Assembly: GCF_036321535.1 (NCBI RefSeq)
Contig: NC_087436.1
Coordinates: forward strand, 15,748,001 to 15,812,000
From: Camelus dromedarius
Taxonomy: Eukaryota
Length of the DNA stretch: 64,000 nucleotides
Direction: 5' to 3'
Shown piece by piece: positions 53,020-64,000 of the stretch (positions are counted from its first letter, which is position 1; each line of letters opens with the position of its first letter). Under the pieces are notes generated by a model. The model saw nothing but the letters and a program-made list of their open reading frames with translations, did no database searches and was not told where the DNA came from. The position numbers and the translations under genes are program-made.

Positions 53020-54215
53020 AGGCTCATATTCATGATAAAATGTGGCCTTCCCCACCTCAGTAATGGCAACTGAATTCTTCCAGTAGCTCACTTTAGAATT
53101 ATCTTCGACTGATTTCTTTTTTCATATTCCCCACCTAAAACCTATCAGCTCTATCTTTAAAGTATATTCAGAGCCCTGACCACTTCTTACCACTTGACCC
53201 TGGTCAAAGTCGTCATCATCTTTTCCCTGGATTCCTCTAACTGGCCTTTGTACTTTGGCTTTTCCCCTGCCTTCAGCCTATTCTGAATTGCAGCAGCCAG
53301 AGCAACTCTTAAAAAGAAATGCCAGCTTCTCGTTTTTTTCTATTTCTTTAATTTTTTATTTATATGAGATGATGGATGTTCACTGAACTTACTGTGAACA
53401 TTATACAACATTTCATGATGTATGTATGTATGTAAGTCAAATAAGTATGCTATACATGTTAAGTGTATACAAGTGCTGTATTATATCTCAATATCTCAAT
53501 AAAACTGGAAGAGATTGTATCTCAATTAAACTAGAAGAAAAGTAAATTTAAATAAATAAATAAAAACCAAAAAAAAAAAGAAATAATGATTTTGTATTAA
53601 TAAAGTAATGTAGTTAATTATATTAAAATAAGGCATTCATGTGTTCAACAACAACAAAAATGCCAACCATGTCCACGCTCCGGTTTCCATCACACTCCTT
53701 ACTGTGGCTGACAAGGCCATCCATGATCTGGCCCCTTATTTTTCTGATCTCATCTACAACAGTCTTCACTCATTCCAATTTAGTCACACTGGCCTTCTGG
53801 TTCTGCAAACATACCAGCCATACTCCCATCTCAGGGTTTTTTACTTGGCCATTCTCTCTGCTTAAAATGCTCTTCTTCCAGAGAGCCTCAGGTCTTACAT
53901 CCTTATCACCTAACTGCTCACATACCACTTTCGCAGCGACGTCTTTCTTATGAACAGCATTTAAAATTGCAGTTGTCATGACATACACATTCTTGCCTGC
54001 TATGTTTTCCTCTACATTTCTTCTTACCTTATTTCATGTCATCTTATGTACGTATATTTTTTATTGTCAGTCCCCCCATTAGAATAAAAGCTCTGAGGTC
54101 AAAGATTTCTGTTTTATCCACTGTACCTGGTACAGTGTTGTACTAATAATACTGTACCTAGTATAGAACCTGGCACACACAGTAGATACTAAATAAAATT
54201 TTGTTTAATTAAGAA
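53020..54215 (+). mobile_element. L2 3' remnant interrupted by an L1 3' end (~53325-53657)
   Basis: L2 motifs (cagcagccagag, acaaggcc.tccatgatctggcccc, tagaacctggcacac); L1 tail tgagatgatggatgttcact ... tatctcaataaaactggaaga. Confidence 0.7.
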
Positions 54216-55989
54216 ATTAATTAGTAATATCTCACTTTTTATAGTAAGGACTTATATATGGAAAATACTTAGGCTATTGATACCTAGAACAAATTACTTA
54301 TTTTTAGTTTTGGATTCACAATTGCTTGCAAATGTGGTACATTTTAGAAAATGCAGATATAATTAGCAATTTTCAGGTAGAGGGTAAATTGCAGTTTTAA
54401 TGAGCCATGAGTTAGAAAATCCCTGGACATAGATAAAAGTAGATACTTGACTGAGGCAATGTGTCCAGAGGAAATATAAAATTGTCTTAACCTAGGCTTA
54501 TACTTAGTCAAGCTAGAAAAATATTTATGTGTTTTATGAACCTTCATAAAATTCCTTTAGCTGATTGATCTAAGCAATGATTCAGGGATTAAATATAAAA
54601 CAAACCAAAATCCAAAACAGGGACATCAAGATACCACTATATTTTATTAGCTAGTCTCAAAGCAGAGCTAAGCAGATTCACTTAAGATTGCCACAATTGA
54701 TTTAATAAGTAAATCTGAATTCTGTATATACTTCAGTGTTTTAAGAAGGATAAATAGTACCTGAGATTGGTAAATTAGGGGCAACATTAGATCTTCTGAT
54801 TTTTAATACACTTTAAATAAATTACCTAGTTAAATATTATTATTAATATATGTATTAATATATGATGTTTGTTTATCAAAGCTGCTTATAGAATTATCAT
54901 AAACATTGAGAAAATATACCTAATTTTTTATGTCTATGATATAACCAAGTATATTGCCAGTCAGGGGCTTATTTGAGAGGAAATTGCTCTCTGCTTTCTA
55001 CATAGTAGTAATATTATATCATTTGTTTCCTTTTGAATGGAACATTCCATGAGTTTAGGAGAGATGAGGGGTTTTTTTCCTAAATGTTTTTATTTGAAAT
55101 AAATAATACACCAAGAGAGATGAAGTTTTATAAACATTTTGATTAAGATCTGAAATCAAAGTTGGTAATAAAATAGAAGCATCTTTTAATAAAATGCAGT
55201 TAGATAATTTTTATTAAAATGCCTATTTCACTTATATGGAATGGTGTATAAATATACACATAGTTTTAAGTAATCAGAATAAGTTTGTGTACCCACCACC
55301 TGGGTGAAGAAACCGCATTACTAGTACCAGTGCTCTGTGTGCTCCTCTCTGTCACATCTCACTCTTTCTCCTCAGAGAAAATGATTATTTTGATTTTGTG
55401 TCCACCATTCATTTGCTTTCCTAAAGCCCCACCATTCTTATACCTGTCCCTAAAGAATATATTATTTAATTTTGAAAACTAGAGTAGCAAGCACAAACCT
55501 AGTTATATAAGGAAAATGTAATATTGTCATCATTTGTTGAAGGCTATCAGAAAAAATAGGCTGAACAGAGTTTCTGGGTCATAGTCTGGCTTCAGTTCCT
55601 CTAAGTGTTTACAAGAGACTTCCTCTGTCTGTAGTAACTCCTGGGAAGCAGAAAGCTTAATATAATGCACCTATCTGACACGAATGTGGTGTGGGCCAGA
55701 TACTGGTCACACAGCTGAAGTTTGGCCAGACAGCGAGGGCTGCTCTGTAGTTTCTACTTTTAACTGTGTGGTCTACTTCTAGTTCTTAGGAGTAAGTCAA
55801 ACCAGAATCCTTCTGGGGTGGAAAGACTGTCCTTAGATGAAGAGGAGAGTAGAGCTTCATCAATACAGGAGAGATATCCAAACGCAGATGAGAATCTGGG
55901 TCAGGCTCACACAGGAATCCTCGGCTGAAGAAGGGTATAATGGCCGAGGACTGGTGAAGACAAGTGTTTCCTGTGTCTGATTCTTGAGT

Positions 55990-57780
55990 CATACTGCCCT
56001 ACCTGACGGCTTACCCCCCATGTGTGGGGCACAGCTATCATCTGGGATTCCCTCTCTTGCTCCCTGGGTTCCAGGTCTTCCTCTTTCTTGGTTTATTCTC
56101 CCATATTGGTGAAGCATATCCTCCAGTAGCATCTTAAGAAAAGAAAAGTCAGGGGGAGGGTACAGCTTAGTGGTAGCGCATGTGCTTAGCATGCACAAGG
56201 TCTTGGTTTCCATTCCCAGTACCTCCATTAAAATAAATAATTACAATAAATAAAAATCTAATTACCCTCCCCCCCAAAAAAGACTGATTAAAAAAAAGAG
56301 TTAAGTAGGGAATAAATTGAGATCTTGAAAATGTCTAAAAATATCTCTGTTCAATCCTCATTCTTGATTAATAATTTCTGAGGATAGGATTCTAGGTTGA
56401 AGATCATTTTGCACAGATTTTGAACGTATTTTTCTTGCTTCTTGAAAGCCTCTCTTCTTGCTTCCAGTGCTGCTGTGGAGGAGTCCAAAGTTGTTGTGTT
56501 TGTTTATCCTTTGTGTGTAACCAACATATTTACCTTTTTTCCTGAAAGCGAGTGCAATCGTTTCTGTGTCCAGGTGTTCTGAAATTTCACACATGACTTG
56601 TTATGAATCTTATCTTCATCTGTTTCCCTCAGCACTTCATGGGTTCTTTTCATCTGGAAACATAAGTCCTTACATTCTGGTAGTTTTTCTTTAATAATTT
56701 TAATGATTTTCTATGTTCTATTTTTTCTGTTTCTGCAGTTTTATTATCTTTTTTCTCCTATTTCCCATCTCTCTCTCTTTCTGTTCTACTTTCAGGGATG
56801 CTTTCTTCAACTTTATCTTCTAACCCATCTTTTAAGATTTTTTTTCCCTCTTCTATCAAGCTTTTATTTCCCAAGGACTCTTTTTTGTTCCCTGAGAATT
56901 TCTTTTCCGTGGCATCCTGTTCTTGTTTCATGGATGCTATATTTTTTTAATTAGCTCTAAAGACATTAATGACTTTCTTCTTTTAATGTTTTCATCTCCC
57001 TAAATAGTCTTTAATTCCTCCAGATCACTTTTTTTCTGCTTCTTTTGTCTGTATCTTTCACATTAGGAGATTCTCACAGTGACTGGTAATCCCTGATTAT
57101 GTAACCTACGATTAAGCATGAGAGACTAAAAAACTCATTGAATTGCTGAATATGGGATTTAGCAACTATACGTCACTGTAGGGTGACTAAGGTGGCAAGT
57201 TTAACTCTTGGGTTAGATTCACCTGGAAAGAGATGCCCAGTCTCTGGCTAGGTGGATAAGTGCCTGGTTGCTAGCATTCTGGGCACTGATTAAGGGAAGA
57301 GGGGTGAGGGTCTCTACTGTAAGCATATAATATGCATAAAATTAATAAGTTCACCTGTTGGGGTACAAAACCTATCCCCTCAACTGTGCCAGGCACTTTC
57401 CTGATCTAAAGACCTCAAGTTTTATTTTCTTCAGAGGAATAAATGTCTGATCTATCACCTGGCTTGAGGAAGAGCAGTTGCTCCCACTGAAGAGGGGAGG
57501 TCAAACTGTTTTACCCTAGTCTTCCTAACTACAATTTTCAGAAGTTCTTGCTGTTGCCACTTCCAATTTTTTTTTTTTTGAAGATCCTGTAGAATAAATT
57601 GAGTTAGATTTCAGTTTTCCTACTGATGTCTTGGGATTCAGGTTTCTTGTGTCTAAGTCAGTTACCATTGGTGTATTTTGTTTTCAGCTTCCAAATTTTT
57701 GATGCTCCTGTCTGTTTTTTCCTGTACTTCTTCAATTGTGGTGGTATTTGGGAAGGAGTGAAATAAATGCTTCTGTTTGA
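55990..57780 (-). mobile_element. HAL1/ancient L1 ORF1 remnant
   Basis: Minus-strand NDLQPRIL ORF1p-like motif; ttccaggtcttcctctttcttggttta ... catatcctccagtagc. Confidence 0.6.
56152..56298 (+). mobile_element. Vic-1-like SINE
   Basis: GGGGAGGGTACAGCTTAGTGGTAG ... taattaccctcccc, A-rich tail. Confidence 0.88.
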
Positions 57781-60096
57781 TCTTCTACCCTAACTCAGAA
57801 ATGGAGGAAATATTTTCTTAATTTATTTACAAGGTTATACTTTGCTTTCGACCTGATCTAAATCTTTGCCTCTTTCATGCTATAGATGAGAACTTTGGGG
57901 ATTTGTCTTTTAGAACCATCACTTAACATGAAATATGTGTGAGGTTTGACTGACACCACTTGCTAAATTTCTTTACCTCTTTTAACAACTCAAAGTTACT
58001 ATTCCTTGGGATGGAAACTAGCTGTAGAGGAAGGTGGTGAAGCAGTCATTCTTGGCTACTTTGGTATATCAGGAGTTGAGTCTTTTTCTCTAGCAGAACT
58101 TTCTTCATGAAAAACTTACCTTTTATGTGTGCCATTTTTTCTGGGCTATAGTTACCTCTGGATGACATGAGTGATAATGAATTCATAGATCAAATTAACA
58201 GAGTGACTTACAGTTAAAATGTTTGCATGCTAAGAAAACCTTTAGTGACTTTATTCCATTGTTGACTTTTTAGGGTGGCAGAGCACTGATGGGGAGATGA
58301 TTTTGGTCACACCACTTACGTGACTATCTGAGCATACTCAGGATGTGTTAGGATTCAGTAAAATGTTCCCGTTTGTTAACATATCCCCAAATTTCACAAA
58401 GACAAAACTGAAACTGTTTTTTCTTTATTATATATTTATCCGTATATTATATCTAAATTGTTTAAACAATCATTAGTAAATTTCCTCTTATTGAATGACA
58501 TATAGAGAAACAGTCCCAAATGCTTTTGTCATCCCTCACCACATGACAATTCAATATTTTTAAAAAGTGAAAGTGATTAATTTTACAGAGTGGGGGCTTT
58601 TGGGCTCTGTAAGAAACAGTAACTGAAATGCTTATTGAAACTCTACATTTAGAGGCAAAGACAAATGCCTCTGCAAGGTGGCTTCTAAATATACATGGGG
58701 CGCATAGTTATTAGTGACTATCTGAGCAAGCTCAGTTCTGAAGCTAATGAGGGAAAAGGGCAAGGAGCTGTTAAGTAGAAATGTGTGCATTTCGCATTTG
58801 GATTTTTATGTGTCTATTTCTGGATCCCTCAGGAAGGAAGCATTGTGAGGTAGGGCACTTTTTATACTCAGCACATTCTAGAAATTGAAAAACAAATACC
58901 TTGCTTTCTTTGACCTATTGCTACCATAAAATTTTATCCCTCTCAAGAACAAATCTTTTAAGTTTAATATAATAAAAGTTTTCATTAAAAATTTCCCCTG
59001 ATTATGTTTATTTTTGACTAAGTTTTTTTCATCCTGTAAGATGAAGTATTAGTCTAAAAAAAACTAGTAAATTAAGTATTATTATTTTTAACTTACTTGA
59101 GCCTAAGGACAAATATGATTATATAAAAGTACACTTACCTGTGTGTTCCAGTTGTATGTGTATTGATAATTAACAGTCAAAACTAAATACAGATTTCTGT
59201 CCCAGTATTTTATAAATAAAAACTTCCTATAATAATCAAGGAGACCGATATTCAAGTTAATCCAAAGAATAGAAAAGTTGAAAATGTAAAAGAATTTTTA
59301 ATTATCTACAAAATTGGTCTTATTTACACTTTTGTACATTATTTTGATGTTCAAAGACATTTATAGAAAACCATCAATAAAAGAAAGTGTGTGTCAGGTG
59401 CCAAACACAAATCTGAGTTAGACAAGTAGTCAATTAACAAATACTTCTAATTTGTATGAGATAGGTGCTTTTCCAGGCACTGGGAATTCAGCAGGATCAA
59501 GTTGGAGGCCATGACCTCCAGGAAATTCCCTTTCAGTGAAGGAAGGCAGAATTCTTAGGAATTTCATTAATCAGGAAGCCATTTATTGAGTACTTGTATT
59601 GTCAAGTTCAGTGTGTGCCCTGGCGGGTGCCAAGATTAAAGATAAGGTCCTTACTTTCAGGGAGTTCACTTCTTTACATTGGAGTCAGAAACAAGATGAT
59701 AGTCTAGAGACATGACTGGACCTTTGAAAATCTCCAGATCCTCTAATTCTGCTCTAATTTGTGATTTCATCAAACTCTTCATCTGTAAAGTGGGGATGAT
59801 ATGACTTCATTTATAGCTTTGTTATGCACATTAAACAACATCATGTAGCAGTGTGGTCCCTGGGCGGGCAGGCTCCTGACTGGCTCAGCAACTCCTCAGC
59901 AGCAGCAATCCTATTTCATGCCTCAACAGATTGACAAATTACTACATGTCCTGGAGATTCAGGGCCACTTGTGATATTTAAAACCTCAAGTGTTAAATTG
60001 TGCAGTGCTAGGTCCAAGTGGAAAGTATTATGTTTGGGGTTAAAAACAGATTTTGTTATTAATCCATTAATAATAAGATCTAGCACTGGGTGTAAT

Positions 60097-60748
60097 TGAT
60101 ACGGGAAAAATGAATGTGGGAAAAGAAGATGACTGTGTCCCAGGTCTCAGCTGGGTCCCTTGGATGTGCCCCACCAAGTGTGGGTCCTTGGCTTGGTGCA
60201 GGAAAGAATTCAGCAGCAGGCCACAGTTGAGTAAAGGTAGATTTATTCAGAGGGATACACACTCCATAGAGCGCAGGCTGTCTCAGAAGGCAAGAGAAAG
60301 GCCATGAGGTGTGGGGTTTGGCGCTCAGTTTAAAGTAAAATTAGATACACACTTTAGACAGAATGTGGCCCATCTCATTCAGAAAGGAGAGCAGCCACAA
60401 GGTGTGGGGTTTGTTAGTTTTTATGGGCTTGGTAACTTCGTATGCTAATAAGCAGGAGGATTATTCCAACTACTTTGGGGAAGGGGCTGGGATTCCCAGG
60501 AACTGGGCCACCACCCACTTTTTCACCTTTTATGGTCAGCCTCAGAACTGTCATGGTGCCTGTGGGAGTGCCATTTTCCATGTTAATATGTCACGAGTGT
60601 ATAATAAAGCTCCAAGTCTACTGGAAGTCAAATCTCCTGCCATCTTGGGCCTCAAGGCCTGTTGGGAGTTGAATTTTCGGCAACCTTGGTGTTAACTGCT
60701 GGGTTATTTCTTGAATGTTTGTGCCCTGCCCTCTTTTTTCCTGTCTCA
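60097..60748 (-). mobile_element. ERV1-class solo LTR (652 bp)
   Basis: TG...CA; imperfect terminal inverted repeats TGATACGGGAAAAA / TGAGACAGGAAAAA; perfect 4-bp TSD taat (60093-60096, 60749-60752); AATAAA on - strand near 60242. Confidence 0.85.
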
Positions 60749-63154
60749 TAATAACTGTAATTTCACAGTAGCAATGAGGGCAAATAATGTTTTGAGATAC
60801 CTGCAGTAACTGGAATGTATTGTGAAAATATCTGATTTCTATTGTTTGTAAAGTAACAGACATTGTTAATCATACTATGGTTTCTTGCCTACATTTATAA
60901 CTGGAGGAATCCCTAAATTTCAATTAGTTTTCAGCAAAAATAAACATTTTTTTCCTATCCAACTTCAATCCACTATAGATCCCAAATAATGAACTCCTGG
61001 CTTGCAGCTATGTCTTCTAAACAAGTTTCCCTGTCTTCAGTCAGATGCTGCCTCTAATCCAGTGTCTGGTTTGGGAACGCACAAATCTGATAAAGCCATT
61101 CCTTTCCTTAAAACTCTTCATTGGTTCTCCTGGCCTTTAAGATTAAGTCTAAATTCTTTCTGGTGACTCATAAATCTGTCCAGGACAGGTCTCTCTCTAC
61201 TTCCTTACTCCTGCTCTGTTTCCCAGCCAAACAGGACTTGTGAAACACAGTCCTCTCCTGCCTTCCCACTTACTGTTTGTTTTTTATGATGGGAATCCTT
61301 TTCCTTGACTTTATCCCTTCTCTGCTTGGTAAATGCCTTATTGATCACCTCTGCAGAAATCCGACTTACTGTCTGCCTCACAGGGTTTACATCACACTGG
61401 GGGAGACAGATAACTAAACATGTAATTGTAACACAATGTGAGATCTGCCTTGTTTTCTCTTTTACCTCCAGGGCTCACAAACTGCCTGGACCAGTACCTG
61501 CTTAGTGTCTAGGTGTCCTGCAACTCAGAACGTTCAGCCCACTGTTCTCTATGTGAATGGGCCCCCTGGAGTTGTGTGACTATCAACGCTGGCCTGATAA
61601 TATTTTACTGATGAATAAACAAATGAATGAGTGGCCTCAGCTGAGTGGGGAAGAGTGCTGCAGAGACTGAAATTTGGGCAAGAGTCATTCTGGATTACAT
61701 ATAATTGGTTGTTCAAATTAATGATCTTAATGGTTTTTACTCACTTCTATTTACAGTCTAGAAGAGATGAACATTTCAAGGGCTTAAAAGAGCCACTTGT
61801 TCTGATTATAAAAGTGTCACAAGTTCATTTGTAGGAAACTTGAAAAATGCAGCAAAATACAGAAAAATAAAATTAGATATTATAAACAATGCCATAATTG
61901 GATGGAACTATCTTGGGGTGTTTATGTCAATAATATTTGAAACTGATTATAAGCCATATTGAATATATATTTGGTCACTGATTCCTTGATTCCAAAAGTA
62001 TAAATTACGTAAAACATAAAGAATTTAGAGTTATCATTGAGATATTTTTTCCTTTGTTAATCATTTCATTTAGCAAATATTTTCTGAACATAAAACATGA
62101 GTAACGTGACACTCTGAAGAATATAAAGATAAATTGAACATTAATCTCATGACTCCAGTACTTAGAGATTATTAGGGTGATCAGACACATTTGTGACCTT
62201 AATACAAGGCAGTAAGGATACGTGACTTAAGAAAGCTGCTGTCAGCCAGAGTGAACTTTTTTTTAAAAGTAAACTGGGTCATGTCATGTGTCTGCTTAAA
62301 ACTTTCACTGGATCGTCATCGAATTTATTTTTATTTTAATTAAATAATTTTTTATTAGGATATAATCCACATATCATAAAATTCACTTTTTAAAGTGTAC
62401 AACTCATTAAAGTTGTGTAGATATTTAAATAAAATCCAAACCCTTAACAATGGCCAATAGCTTTGTGTAATCTGGCTCTTGCCTGCACCTCTCCAATTTA
62501 TTTCCTGACACATTTGCCTTTGCAGTTGATGTTGACTTAACCTAGAATCCTGGAGTGCTTTTTCTGCTGGCATTTAACACAGCTGGCTCATCTTGGGGGT
62601 CTCAACTGAAATGATACCTCTGCAGAGAAATTTTTTCTGAAACAGTCTCCAAAATAGCCCTCCCATCTTACCCGACTACTCTTTGTCATATCACAAAATA
62701 TTGATTTTCTTCATTGAATTTACTTACAATCTGTAAATGGTTATATATTACTTATTGTTAGAATATAAATTTCATGAAACAGAGATTTTGTTTGTTTGTT
62801 TTAGCTCTCTTTATTCAAAAAAATTTCCCAACTTTTTATTTTTAAAAATTTCAAACCTAAAGAGAAGTTAAAAGAATAGTACAGTGAACACCTATATACA
62901 CTTTACCCAATTTTCGATTATTAACATTTTATCACACTTGCCTTACTTCTCTCTTTATGTGCGTATGTGTACTCCTATTTTTCTGAACCATTTGAAAGTT
63001 GCAGATATCATACTTCACCACTAAGTAATTCACCCTGAATCTCCTAAGAACAAGAAATCTTTCCTGTGTAACAGCAATACCATTGTCGCTCTAAAATATT
63101 TAACATAGCTATAATACTATTAATATATGGTCTAAATTTTCCCCAATTATTTCT

Positions 63155-63978
63155 ATTTTAACATTGAAATATAGTTGAATTATAATATTATATTCATTTC
63201 AGGTGTACAGCATAGTGATTCAGTATTTTTGCAGATTTTACTCCATTATGAGTTATCATAAGTTAATGGCTATAATTTCTTGTACTATACAGGATGTCCT
63301 TGTTGCTTATCTATTTTGTACATGATAGTTTGTTTTTGTTAATCCCATGTCCCTAGTTTATCCCTCCCCACTTCCCTCTCCCCTTTGTTAACCGTGTTTG
63401 TTTTCTAAACCTATGAGTCTGTTTCTGCTTTGGATATACATTCTTTTGTATTATTTTTTAGGTTCCACATATAAGTGATATCAGTAAGTATTTGTCTTTC
63501 TCTGTCTGACTTATTTCACTAAGCATAATATTGTCTAGGTCCATCCATGTTGCTGCTATTGGCAGAATTTCATTCTTTTTTATGGATGAGTAATATTCCA
63601 TTGTGTGTGTGTGTATATATATATATACACACCACATTTTTATCCATTCATCTATTCATGGGCACTTGGATTGCTTCCATGTCTTGGCTATTGTAAACAG
63701 TGCTTCTATGAATATTAGGGTGCATGCATCTTTTCAAATTATTGTTTTTGTTTTCTTTGGATATACACCCAGGAGTGGAATTGCTGGATCATGTGGTAGT
63801 TCTATTTTTAGCTTTTTGAGGGACCTTCATACTGTTTTCCATAGTGGCTGTACCAATTTACATTCCCACCAATAGTGTACAAGGGTTCACTTTTCTTCAC
63901 ATCCTCTCCAACATTTGTTATTTGTAGACTTTTTGATGATAGTCATTCTGACAGGTGTGAAGTGATGTCTCATTGTTT
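63155..63978 (-). mobile_element. L1 3' end (ORF2 end and 3' UTR)
   Basis: Reverse complement of ggatatacacccaggagtggaattgctggatc, tttacattcccaccaatagtgtac and related L1 sequence. Confidence 0.9.
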
Positions 63979-64000
63979 TTCCAATACTCTGTTAAATAGA

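Noticed and set aside
53325..53365. T-rich run before an L1 tail, suggesting a twin-priming inversion
   Set aside because: As I recall, this T-rich segment is a normal part of this L1 3' UTR type.

Overview
Mammalian genomic DNA, very probably a camelid: it carries several copies of a tRNA-derived SINE resembling camelid Vic-1. The window holds the last eight coding exons and 3' UTR of SH3D19 on the + strand (918 nt in frame, four C-terminal SH3 domains). It also holds the complete six-exon RPS3A gene on the - strand (264 aa, 5'TOP start, CpG-island promoter) with two intronic C/D-box U73/SNORD73 snoRNAs. The remaining ~37 kb is repeat-rich intergenic DNA (L1, L2, MIR, HAL1, MaLR and ERV1 LTRs, MER DNA transposons). 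I found no convincing evidence of a new gene or an undescribed biological system. The most interesting signals are retrotransposition footprints read directly from the sequence: an L1 insertion whose target-site duplication copies an SH3D19 branch point and creates a cryptic acceptor, a 1.84-kb composite L1 3' transduction, a ~95-nt orphan retrocopy, a 36-nt micro-L1 inside a SINE, and a degenerate ERV-L pol fossil. Repeat family names and comparisons with human come from recognition and memory, not searches; repeat boundaries without a stated TSD are approximate.
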